DNA of 64,000 nt from Alphaproteobacteria bacterium (GTDB lineage Bacteria; Pseudomonadota; Alphaproteobacteria; UBA7887), in the NCBI GenBank assembly GCA_965216755.1, contig CBDCGL010000011.1, positions 2,496,001 through 2,560,000 of the forward strand, read 5' to 3'. Position numbers and translations under genes: made by a program. The notes beneath the pieces are model-generated. The model saw only the letters and a program-made list of their open reading frames with translations. It was not told where the DNA came from and ran no database searches. Below, one piece after another: positions 18,257-27,330 of this stretch (positions are counted from its first letter, which is position 1; each line of letters starts with the position of its first letter).

Positions 18257-19177
18257 ATGGGACTCTCCGCCGCTGGCGCCAGCGGTTGGTGGCCGACAAA
18301 TTTGGCCGGATTTGTCGTGACAGCCGGCCCGATCCTGGGTCTCGCCGGCCTGGTTCTGACCATGCTGGCGGCGCCGGTTCGGGCCGATTTTTTGACCGGT
18401 GTCGAGGCCGCCAACGAAGGCGACTACGAGATCGCGCTCACTGCGTTCGAGGAAGCCGCGGAGAGCGGCGATTTGCTTGCCCAGTACAACATCGCCGCGA
18501 TGTACCACGCCGGTCTCGGCGTGCCGCAGGATTACCTGAAAGCGCTGCGCTGGTACATGCGTGCGGTGCGTGGCGGCCTGCCGCCTGAGCTTTATAAGCT
18601 CGATGACGGAATGTTGGTGGCCCAGAATGCTGATGGCCGCTGGATTCCCGAAAGCCCCCTCCGCCGCGCCAAGGTCGCATCAGCACCCCAATCAAATCCT
18701 GTCGTCGCGCCGCCGGCGCTTGCCCGCAAACGCGCGGCCGAACCCGGTCCCAGAAGCGTGCCCGATCCGGACGTCGATCTCGCCGGCGCCGCCCCGTCAT
18801 TGCCGGCGGACATGGCGCGGCAAACAGCCCCGAACGGCGCCTTATCGGCCAGCACTGCGGCGCCGCCCGCCGAGATCCCACTTGGTAATATTGGTACCGG
18901 GCTGACGCCCGATCTGGCGCGCGCGCTTGAGGATGTGCTGGCGACCCCGCCGACCGAAGACCAGATATTGGAGATTCAGCGTATTTTGACCGTGCTCGGC
19001 TATGACGCTGGCCCCGCCGATGGTGTGGTTGGCCCGCGCACCAAGCAAGCTATCCAAAAGTTTGAGACTGACCTCGGGCTACGACCTTCGCGTGACCTCA
19101 CCGCGCGCCAACTGCGCAAGCTCATCGCCATGTCCTACGCGGAACGAGACCGCCGCGTGCGCGACAACCAACGCTAA
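18257..19177 (+). CDS. Sel1-repeat protein with C-terminal peptidoglycan-binding domain
   Basis: AQYNIAAMYHAGLGVPQDYLKALRWY; Pro/Ala linker; GYDAGPADGVVGPRTKQAIQKF; start uncertain. Confidence 0.8.
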   Translation: MGLSAAGASGWWPTNLAGFVVTAGPILGLAGLVLTMLAAPVRADFLTGVEAANEGDYEIALTAFEEAAESGDLLAQYNIAAMYHAGLGVPQDYLKALRWYMRAVRGGLPPELYKLDDGMLVAQNADGRWIPESPLRRAKVASAPQSNPVVAPPALARKRAAEPGPRSVPDPDVDLAGAAPSLPADMARQTAPNGALSASTAAPPAEIPLGNIGTGLTPDLARALEDVLATPPTEDQILEIQRILTVLGYDAGPADGVVGPRTKQAIQKFETDLGLRPSRDLTARQLRKLIAMSYAERDRRVRDNQR

Positions 19178-19387
19178 ATCCGCGCCGGTCGTTTACAAAG
19201 CAAAAGGCCCAGAGACGCGTGAACGCCACTGGGCCTGTTACGTTGCATATGGTCCGGCGACTAGCCATAGACCCGACCACATGACCATTGGAAGTAATTG
19301 GAAATATAGGTCAACTCTCGACGAAAGCGAATTCACCGAGGAATTGACGAAATCTTGCGTCGAACCAGCGTATCGACGATCCGGGAC

Positions 19388-19642
19388 TTAACCAGATCTC
19401 GCCTTATTGCCCGAACACATGCAGCCAACCAAATGCACGACCCGCTTCCAAGCGACTTCGCGATCAATGTCTCCGGCTTGGCACGCGATTTGCGACCAAC
19501 GTCGCGCGATCAGCAGAGAATCCTTGCCATAACGGGCAAACAACGACCGCGCCAAACATGGCGGGTCCGGGCACAGCATCTCGCCCACTTCGTCGCGCTT
19601 CTCGGCGTCCGCAGGCACATTGTTCTTTTGGCGCGTGTTCAT
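19388..19642 (-). CDS. Small Cys-rich hypothetical protein
   Basis: AAGGAAG RBS-like; 84 aa; AT-rich upstream region. Confidence 0.45.
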   Translation of the reverse strand: MNTRQKNNVPADAEKRDEVGEMLCPDPPCLARSLFARYGKDSLLIARRWSQIACQAGDIDREVAWKRVVHLVGCMCSGNKARSG

Positions 19643-20003
19643 CCGGTCGGCGAACTTCCTTCGTCAACGGGCCGCCATGGTGCCATCGTTTCGAACCGAC
19701 CACTGTGAACAAGTTCACAGTCATGTAACCGAGGCGCTCATGAATCGATGTTCCGCCGGTAAATTATTTATTATCAATTACTTAATATCTTATCGCGGGT
19801 CGGGCGACGACTTCACGTGCTTAGTCCGTTCGGATCATGACCGACTGCACGCAGAGTCGTAAAAGTCTGATAACTCTGCTGGCGATCTTACCTCCCGACG
19901 CTTGCAGGGCCCGTCCAGAACTTGGGCCGCATGCCCACCTGCGGCCCAAGTTTCATTTTGGGCACGGCAGACGCTGGCCGACCGCCCGCAATCAGCGCCA
20001 AGA

Positions 20004-20423
20004 TCAATCACCAACGTCGTCCATATCGGCTTGACCAGAGATGCGGCGGCGGACATGCGACCATGAAACACCGATCGCCAGCACCGTCGCCAGCACAACC
20101 AAGGCCGCGTATGTAATCGCCGTTGGCTCGGTTAGGCTCAAAACCCCAATGTCGACCAACACCCATATCAGCGCGGCGAAGAAAGCGATCGCCAAGACCA
20201 GGCCGATCGGTCCGATCGAACGCCACGTGGCGCGCAGAAAAATGACATAGAGAATGAGCAAAGCGATGCCGGCAAGTGCCTTTAGCGGCAAATCGCCGGC
20301 ATCGGCATCGGTCACCCAATGGATAAAGGAATGGCCGGTCGGGTTAAATGTCGCGAACACCAGAACCAGAGCCACAACCCACCGCACCATGAACCCCGCC
20401 GACGAAAATCCCGTTCGTGTCAT
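20004..20423 (-). CDS. Small membrane protein (DUF6524-like)
   Basis: ATFNPTG, RATWRSIG, SWSHVRRRISGQ.D.DD; 4 TM. Confidence 0.75.
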   Translation of the reverse strand: MTRTGFSSAGFMVRWVVALVLVFATFNPTGHSFIHWVTDADAGDLPLKALAGIALLILYVIFLRATWRSIGPIGLVLAIAFFAALIWVLVDIGVLSLTEPTAITYAALVVLATVLAIGVSWSHVRRRISGQADMDDVGD

Positions 20424-20501
20424 TGTCGCTTCTGCGCCCCCCTTGTGAATTCCGTTGGCCGGCCACAATTCATCGCCGTTACGCCGGCATGGGCGGGGCA
20501 A

Positions 20502-21038
20502 TTACCACTGGCGGACGGGCCCCACGTCAATATGAACGAAATTCGATTTTGGGTAGAAACCGACGCCTCCACCCCGCAATGCCAAAGCGGTGTCGCGCAG
20601 ATCGACAAGCGCGCGCCCGGGCAAACGCACATCAACCGCTTGGCCGCGCAGATGATAGCTATCCTTCGCCACACCACTTGTCGTTCGGCGCAGCGCTTCG
20701 TTGGTTTGCACCGACCGATAGCCAGAGATCAGTTCAAATGGGTCTTGAGTTTCCAAGTCTTGCCGAAGAACATAAAGCAAATCCAATAGATTAGGGTCTA
20801 TCGTTTGCGCCTCGCCCGTACGATGGTCGCGCAACACCCAATCGACCACGTCCAAACCCGCCCGCAAATAGCGACCGCCGGCCCAATACACGATGTCCAC
20901 GCGGTCACCTGTGTGCACATTCAAGAACGCGATCGCACGCGACCCCTCGGTGTTGGCCTGGGCCGGCCGCGCCAAAGCCCCGGCCATGCCGAACAAACCA
21001 ACGCCAACAAAAACCCTCCGGTCGAGACCGTGGCCCAT
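20502..21038 (-). CDS. YcbK/MepK (DUF882, peptidase M15) murein endopeptidase
   Basis: Tat-like RR signal; LRDHRT, ISGYRS, SYH..GQAVD, FVHIDVG. Confidence 0.92.
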   Translation of the reverse strand: MGHGLDRRVFVGVGLFGMAGALARPAQANTEGSRAIAFLNVHTGDRVDIVYWAGGRYLRAGLDVVDWVLRDHRTGEAQTIDPNLLDLLYVLRQDLETQDPFELISGYRSVQTNEALRRTTSGVAKDSYHLRGQAVDVRLPGRALVDLRDTALALRGGGVGFYPKSNFVHIDVGPVRQW

Positions 21039-21392
21039 GGCACCCTCCCCATCACATTGTGTGACCGCGTTGTGCCGGTCACTGCCCTGTTTGTTGCGCG
21101 CCGCGTCGCCTTATGATGGCAATTTGGCGCCCGCGGCACCATATCGCCGTCACATGAATGTCGGCAAGAGGGCTCACCTGACGTGGCGCTGATTTTGTGA
21201 TCGCGACTTGGGACATTTCGAAACGGCGGCGCGGTGCCAGCCGCCATGTTTTCGAGAGGCAGGGGCTTGTTCGCGCGATGGCGCAACAGCACTAATAATG
21301 AGTTCGGCATATGGGGCGTTCATACTGTATGATTCGTCCGTGATGTTCGCGAAATCGAAACGATCGAAGCACCACGGCTCAGGGGGCGAAGC

Positions 21393-22343
21393 TTGGCAGG
21401 TCTGCTTGAAATGGTGACACGCGGCGTGTGCTGGGAGTCATTCGCGAATCGCGGCGCGGCGCGATGGTTGGCCGTACCGGTTTTGCTCTTGGGCACGCTG
21501 CCCGCGGTCGCGGCAGGCGCCGATGCCAATGACCTGATCGGCACCATGACGCTATACATCACATCGCAGGAGGAGACCCTGCTGGAGGTGGCTGAGGACA
21601 ACAACCTGGGCTTTCTTGAGCTTGTCGCCGCCAATCAAGGCATAGATCCTTGGCTTCCCGGCGATGGCACGATCGTTTTGCTGCCGACCGCGCATTTGCT
21701 GCCGAGCGATGTTCGCGATGGCATCGTCATCAATCTGGCGGATATGCGGCTCTATTATTTTCCAGAGGGCGCAGCGCCGCGTAGCTATCCCATTGGGATC
21801 GGTCGCGACGGCTGGGACACACCCGTTGGCATCACGGAGATCGTTGCAAAAAGGGAAAATCCAACCTGGGTGCCGACCGCAACGATGCGCGCGGCGCGGC
21901 CCGATCTACCGGACTCGGTGGGACCGGGACCAGACAATCCGCTCGGCCTGCACGCCATGAACATGGGTTGGCCCCACTATGTGATCCACGGCACCAACAA
22001 GCCGCGCGGCATTGGCCGCCGGGTCAGCTCCGGTTGCATACGGCTTTATCCTCAGGATATTGCCGAACTATTCGCCGCGGTCCCGATTGGCACGCCTGTA
22101 ACGGTCGTCAACGAACAAGCAAAGGTCGGCCGTGTGGGCGATGCCCTGTTCCTGGAAGTGCATCCCAATCTGGAACAAGCCGACCGTCTCGAGGAATCCG
22201 GACGGTTCGAGCTTGAGAGTGTGCCCGGCTTGCATAGCCACATAGCCAGCGCCGCCGATGGCATCGCCGCGGCGATCGATTGGCGGCTCGTTCAACGGGC
22301 TATCGACGAACGACGCGGCATTCCCATTCGTATTACCAGATAG
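21393..22343 (+). CDS. L,D-transpeptidase, ErfK/YcfS type with LysM-like N-domain
   Basis: AANQGIDPWLP, INLADMRLYYF, PGPDNPLG, IHGTN..GIGRRVSSGCIRL; start uncertain. Confidence 0.92.
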   Translation: MAGLLEMVTRGVCWESFANRGAARWLAVPVLLLGTLPAVAAGADANDLIGTMTLYITSQEETLLEVAEDNNLGFLELVAANQGIDPWLPGDGTIVLLPTAHLLPSDVRDGIVINLADMRLYYFPEGAAPRSYPIGIGRDGWDTPVGITEIVAKRENPTWVPTATMRAARPDLPDSVGPGPDNPLGLHAMNMGWPHYVIHGTNKPRGIGRRVSSGCIRLYPQDIAELFAAVPIGTPVTVVNEQAKVGRVGDALFLEVHPNLEQADRLEESGRFELESVPGLHSHIASAADGIAAAIDWRLVQRAIDERRGIPIRITR

Positions 22344-22428
22344 GACCCGCGCGAACCGATGGTGCCGCATCTCAAACGCGGCCCGCCGGCCCTTCGATAT
22401 CGATCATCCGATGTCTGTGGGCAAAGCC

Positions 22429-22527
22429 CGCAGCGCGATGTGCGTGTCCTGACGAAACCGAAGTTCGTAAGGTGCCTGGGGTCAGACGTGACGAACTTCG
22501 GTTTCGGGACACGCGCGTCGCGCTGCG
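22429..22527. repeat. Long imperfect palindrome
   Basis: CGAAACCGAAGTTCGT / ACGAACTTCGGTTTCG perfect 16-bp core extended by GTGTCC/GGACAC and CGCAGCGCGA/TCGCGCTGCG. Confidence 0.75.
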
Positions 22528-22598
22528 CTACCCTTCGTGTGGACCGCCGCGCCGGATCGCAAACAGAATTGATCCAATATTACCGGACACGGCTCTAG
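22516..22598. repeat. Degenerate half copy of the 170-bp CTAG-ended MITE-like element
   Basis: Aligns by eye with the right half of 31315-31484 (…ACAGAATTGATCCAATATTACCGGACACGGCTCTAG). Confidence 0.8.
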
Positions 22599-22939
22599 TT
22601 CTTGCGCAAACCTTCACGATAAATGCGATCGGCGCGTTGGGCTGCGGCCCGGGCTTCCTCCGCGGATGCATCGGCCGCGGCCTGCGCGGCCTGCGCGGCA
22701 GACGACGCGCTGCGCGCTTCGGCAGCGGCGGAGTCGGCCGAAGATTGGGCCGCTTGGGCCGCCTGCAACGCTCGATTGGCCGTGTCGGTATTGCTGTTCA
22801 CCTGACTACGCAAGGCTTCGATTTCGCCGCGCAGGGTCTGTTCCATCGTGTCCATACGCTCAGTGCTGGCGCAACCGGCCACAGCCAAGAGCGGAATCGC
22901 GGTGGCCAAAATCAAAATACGTTTGTTGTGCGCGTACAT
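22595..22939 (-). CDS. Lpp/OprI-like alanine-zipper lipoprotein
   Basis: Lipobox VAGC; coiled-coil plus Ala zipper; C-terminus ADRIYREGLRKN. Confidence 0.85.
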   Translation of the reverse strand: MYAHNKRILILATAIPLLAVAGCASTERMDTMEQTLRGEIEALRSQVNSNTDTANRALQAAQAAQSSADSAAAEARSASSAAQAAQAAADASAEEARAAAQRADRIYREGLRKN

Positions 22940-23127
22940 TGTGTCTCCCTAATACTTCGCCAATGTTGACGATGTTCACTGCGAACAAAACCTAGCGCCG
23001 GCGAATCCAAATCGCAATCATGCGGGAGTCGCGAACAAGGCGCAAACAACAACCAAGACCTTATCACACTGTCAACTATGAAACGCAACCGATAGGATCG
23101 ACATGGCTGCCCCCCCACCGGCCATTT

Positions 23128-23658
23128 TTAAGGCAACAGCTCTATCGGCGTGCCATCGTCGATCATCTGCCAAATCAAATCCATTTCTTCATTCGTGACG
23201 GCAATGCACCCATTGGTCCAGTCGCGGGCAACATGCACGGCGCCCAATGTCTCAAGACCATTCGGCAGCCCGTGAATCATGATTGCCTCGCCGGGGTCGC
23301 GCCCGGCCAACGCCGCGTGACGGGCATCGGCCCGGTTGGGATAGGACACATGTATCGACCGGTAGAAGTCGCTGTCTTCCTTGCGCCAGTCCAGCACATA
23401 ACGTCCTTCGGGCGTTCGTCCATCGCCGCGATACCGCTTGTGCCCCATCGGGTTCGGCCCCAGCGCCACCTGGAACGTCTTCAACGGAAACCCGGCACGA
23501 AACAAGACCATTTCTCGCAAGCTCTTATAAACGACGACCCGATCCGCCTTCGGCAGGCTGCCAAGCCGGGACACCAAAATGTCGTCCGCCAGTGCTGTCG
23601 ACAAGACCACAAACGGGCCAAAAACAAGCAAAAAAAGTGACAGGCTCCGGATCTTCAT
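23128..23658 (-). CDS. YkuD-family protein, YafK/DpaA-like
   Basis: GHKRYRGDGRTPEG, SYPN, IMIHG, DWTNGCIAV. Confidence 0.88.
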   Translation of the reverse strand: MKIRSLSLFLLVFGPFVVLSTALADDILVSRLGSLPKADRVVVYKSLREMVLFRAGFPLKTFQVALGPNPMGHKRYRGDGRTPEGRYVLDWRKEDSDFYRSIHVSYPNRADARHAALAGRDPGEAIMIHGLPNGLETLGAVHVARDWTNGCIAVTNEEMDLIWQMIDDGTPIELLP

Positions 23659-23784
23659 ACCGCACGTCGCCCCGAATCACGTTTCCAGACAATCCGATTA
23701 GCACGTACAGGGTACCTAAGGGCAATCGCGCACAAAAACAATCCGGTTCCGACACATATTCGCCACATCAGCGCGGTCGCCGGT

Positions 23785-24615
23785 TCAACCGGTGACCAGC
23801 AATGAACTTTGATCTTGGTTCAAGATCTCGGCGACCGCCGCGGCGTGATCGGTGTCACGCAACCATTGTTTGCAAACCGCCAAAACACCGCCGGGGGCCG
23901 CATGAAGGGCGTCGGCAACCGCCGCCCAATCGTCGGCGATCGCGCGCAGCTCGATTTCGACGCCAGTTCGTTCGGTATGTGTCGTGGCGGCGCGCCGCGC
24001 CGCCGTCAACAAATCCTCACCACCGGAAACCAACACCGTCACCGCACCATCCACCGCGCGTGCAAACCGCACCGCCACATCCAAAAGCCGATCGCTTTCC
24101 GGCGTATCGGTGAAAAGCGTAAAAATCCGCCGCCGCTGGATCCCGCCACGCGCCAGGCACAGCAAAGCGGACGGCGCCTGTCCAACCAGGCGTGGCGCAT
24201 CCCGCCCCAAAGCCGCGCGGTCAACGACAATAAGATCAGCGTCCCCCGCATGCGCAACCACATCACGACCCAGGCGGCCACGCACGACCCGGGTCGACGC
24301 GGGGACCGCGGATGCGGAGGCCACGGCGACCAACGATCGTTCCAAGTCGGCGATGGCGCGGCGCCAGGCCCGGGCAATCATCTGTTCGTCGATAGCGCGA
24401 CTGATCGGCCCGCATCCGGTGACCTTCGTAAACGGCAACGCCGCCATGTTCATCACATCGATGTCCTCAAGAATCACCGCTTCCAGCTCGGCTGCGAGCT
24501 GCGCGGCCAGACGCGAGGCCCGTTGCACCGCCGCGCGGTCCCGCGCCGCGGCATCGACGGCCAACACGACGCGCTGGAACTGCCGCGTGGCCAAGCGCTC
24601 AACAGGGCCGGTCAT
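23785..24615 (-). CDS. Universal stress protein-like (tandem USP domains)
   Basis: VVLAVD start, LEAVILED...LPF; translationally coupled to Lon-like gene. Confidence 0.7.
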   Translation of the reverse strand: MTGPVERLATRQFQRVVLAVDAAARDRAAVQRASRLAAQLAAELEAVILEDIDVMNMAALPFTKVTGCGPISRAIDEQMIARAWRRAIADLERSLVAVASASAVPASTRVVRGRLGRDVVAHAGDADLIVVDRAALGRDAPRLVGQAPSALLCLARGGIQRRRIFTLFTDTPESDRLLDVAVRFARAVDGAVTVLVSGGEDLLTAARRAATTHTERTGVEIELRAIADDWAAVADALHAAPGGVLAVCKQWLRDTDHAAAVAEILNQDQSSLLVTG

Positions 24616-27083
24616 GCGGTCTTCTCGTCGTTGGACTCGACATTTGCCATACGGCCGTAGCGCAACCGCTGTTCAAAAAAGCCGTGCAGGCGGTCGGCGA
24701 CCCGTCGATTGACCGAGCCGTCGGGATAGTGGCCATTCGCGTCGGCCTCACCCGCGGGCGCCCCTGTCAGCACGGCAATACCTTGGTCGATGGTCCGAAT
24801 CGGGAAAACGTGAAACTGCCCGGCCGCCGCCGCGTCCACGACATCCCGGCGCAGCATCAAATGCTTGACGTTGGCCTCAGGTATCAAGACCCCGTGGCTG
24901 CCATCCAGACCGCGGACGCGGCAAAGGTCATAGAATCCTTCGATCTTTTCATTGACACCACCGATAGCTTGCACTTCACCGCGCTGATTGACCGACCCGG
25001 TCACCGCAAGTGATTGCTGAATCGGCAACCCGGACAGCGCCGACAACAGCGCATAGAGCTCAGCCGACGAGGCGCTATCACCGTCGACACCGCCATAGGA
25101 CTGCTCAAAAACCAAGCTTGCTGCGAGTGATAGGGGCTGATCGCTGGCATAGCGCGCGGCCAGAAAGTTGGACAGAATCAAAACGCCCTTCGAATGGAGT
25201 GGCCCGCCCAGTTCGACCTCGCGTTCGATATCGACGACTTGGCCGCGCCCCATGCGCACGCGCGCTGTAATACGGCTCGGCCGACCGAAGGCGAATCCAC
25301 CCATTTGCAAGACCGATAGGCCGTTGATCTGGCCAATCTTGGCACCATCGGTGTCAATCATGATGGTACCGCGCTCGGTTTGTTCCTGCATGCGCTCACG
25401 AATGCGATCAGAACGGTGAATCGCGGCGTCAATCGCACCCTGAATGTCTGCGGTCTCGATCAATTTACTGCCGCGCTGCTCCGCGCCATGGTCGGCTTCC
25501 GCCAACAAATCAACCACCGCGCGCATGCGCGTCGAAAGCTTTTCCGCGTCGCCCGCAAGACGCGCGCTTTCTTCGATGACCAAGCCGACCGCGCCAGCAT
25601 TCAGCGGTCGCAAGCCGGCAGCGCGCGCCTGACTTGCGATTTGACGCGCATACAATTGCGTCGATTCAGCCGACCGCGCCATTTGATCGTCAAAATCAAC
25701 TGCGACTTTAAACAATGTACTAAATTCTGGGTCATACTGCGCCAACAGATAGTACAGCATCGGGTCGCCCAAAAGTATGACCTTGACCCGCAGCGGCACA
25801 TAGGTCGGTTCCAGACTGACCGTGCTGACAACGCTGAATATCTGGCCGAGCGATTCGATACGGATCTCGCTTGATACCAATGCCTGCTTCAAACCTTCCC
25901 AAGCATAGGCTTGGGTGAGGATTTTGCGCGCGTCCAACAGCAGGTAGCCACCGTTGGCCTTGTGCAAGGCGCCTGGTCTAATCAGATTGAAATCCGTCGA
26001 AAGCGCGCCCATCTGCGCCATGTGCTCGATGCGGCCGACCAGGTTTTGGTAGCTCGGGTTGGGTTCGTAAACGACCGGCGCGCCGTTTTCCGGATCGTGC
26101 CCAACCAACAGATTGACCCGGTAGCGTCGCAAGATGCCGTTACTGGCCTGATCGGCACCTTGCGGCCCACTTGCCTGTTGTATAGACGCCCCGTCTTGCG
26201 GCGCCGCCTGCGCATCGTCCGACATGCGAAACGCCATCGCATTGTCGATGATATCGGCTTGTAGCTGGTCCAAATAGGTCGCGACTTCCGCGATGTCACC
26301 GTGGTGCCCGCGCAATTCGTCGATCAAGTGGCCGACCGCAGCGCCCGTGACCTCCCGGTTCAAAGCGCGCATTTTTTCGCGGCCTTCGCGTTGCCATTGG
26401 GGAAATTTCGCGGCCACCGCCTGCAGATCATCCTGAAGTTCGGCGATTTCCTTGGCCACTCGTTCGCGTTCGGACTCAGGCAACTGGGCAAAATCCTTCG
26501 GACCGACCACCTCGCCATCCTTGACCGGTGCAAACCCCATCCCAAGGGGCATGCGGACCAATGCGATGTTGCGTTCTTGCGCGCGTTGCTCAATGTCGCG
26601 CAACGCCGTGTCGTGCCGCTCTTTGACCTCTTCCTCTATGACCTGAGCGCGGGCGCGATATTCATCAGTCTGAAAGGCGGTGCGAATGGCGGCTTTGATT
26701 TCGTCGACCAGCCGTTCCATATCCGCCTGCAGCCGCGTTCCGCGACCGGCCGGTAACGCGATCGCGCGTGGCCGCCGCGGATCCGCAAAGTTATGGACAT
26801 AGACCCAATCGTCCGGCGCCGATTCTTTGGCGGCGCGGGCGTCCAACGTCCGCCGCACCACGTCGCGCATACCGGTCTCCTGTGGCCCAAGCGCAAAGAG
26901 ATTGAAACCCTCATGCTTGATGCTGATCCCGAATCCCAAGGCCTCGACCGCACGGTCTTGCCCGATGACGCTTTCGATCGGTTGCAATTCGTCGGTGGTC
27001 GCAAAGTCGAGCAATGCAGGATCAGGCGCCGTGCGCAATTGCGCGGCGGACAAGGCTGTCGAGATTTCAGGCGCGACGGGCAA
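24612..27083 (-). CDS. Lon-like ATP-dependent protease (AAA_32/LonB-type, S16)
   Basis: IGQDRA, PGALHKANGGYL, FEQSYGGVDGDSAS, GGVNEKIEG; likely TTG start at 27083 after GGAGG. Confidence 0.9.
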   Translation of the reverse strand: MPVAPEISTALSAAQLRTAPDPALLDFATTDELQPIESVIGQDRAVEALGFGISIKHEGFNLFALGPQETGMRDVVRRTLDARAAKESAPDDWVYVHNFADPRRPRAIALPAGRGTRLQADMERLVDEIKAAIRTAFQTDEYRARAQVIEEEVKERHDTALRDIEQRAQERNIALVRMPLGMGFAPVKDGEVVGPKDFAQLPESERERVAKEIAELQDDLQAVAAKFPQWQREGREKMRALNREVTGAAVGHLIDELRGHHGDIAEVATYLDQLQADIIDNAMAFRMSDDAQAAPQDGASIQQASGPQGADQASNGILRRYRVNLLVGHDPENGAPVVYEPNPSYQNLVGRIEHMAQMGALSTDFNLIRPGALHKANGGYLLLDARKILTQAYAWEGLKQALVSSEIRIESLGQIFSVVSTVSLEPTYVPLRVKVILLGDPMLYYLLAQYDPEFSTLFKVAVDFDDQMARSAESTQLYARQIASQARAAGLRPLNAGAVGLVIEESARLAGDAEKLSTRMRAVVDLLAEADHGAEQRGSKLIETADIQGAIDAAIHRSDRIRERMQEQTERGTIMIDTDGAKIGQINGLSVLQMGGFAFGRPSRITARVRMGRGQVVDIEREVELGGPLHSKGVLILSNFLAARYASDQPLSLAASLVFEQSYGGVDGDSASSAELYALLSALSGLPIQQSLAVTGSVNQRGEVQAIGGVNEKIEGFYDLCRVRGLDGSHGVLIPEANVKHLMLRRDVVDAAAAGQFHVFPIRTIDQGIAVLTGAPAGEADANGHYPDGSVNRRVADRLHGFFEQRLRYGRMANVESNDEKTA

Positions 27084-27160
27084 AGCTATGGCCTCCCATG
27101 AGCAAGCCTGCCATAGAAGACGGCGCGGGGTCGCGGTGTCAACCTCAACGCCAAGGTGCG

Positions 27161-27330
27161 CTAGAGCAGTGTCCGACAATATTGAATCAATTCTGTTCGC
27201 GGCCCGGCTTGGCGATCCACGCGAAGGGCGGCGCAGCGCGATGCTGGCGCATCGGGCAAGCCGCCCGACAAAGTGGACACCCGCCGGGCCGCGAACAGAA
27301 TTGATTCAATATTGTCGGACACTGCTCTAG
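27161..27330. mobile_element. 170-bp MITE-like palindromic element, copy A
   Basis: Perfect 48-bp terminal inverted repeats beginning and ending CTAG; no coding capacity; second copy at 31315. Confidence 0.85.

Noticed and set aside
27084-27179. N-terminal extension of the Lon-like ORF in the ORF track
   Set aside because: It starts inside the MITE; a GGAGG RBS supports a TTG start at 27083.
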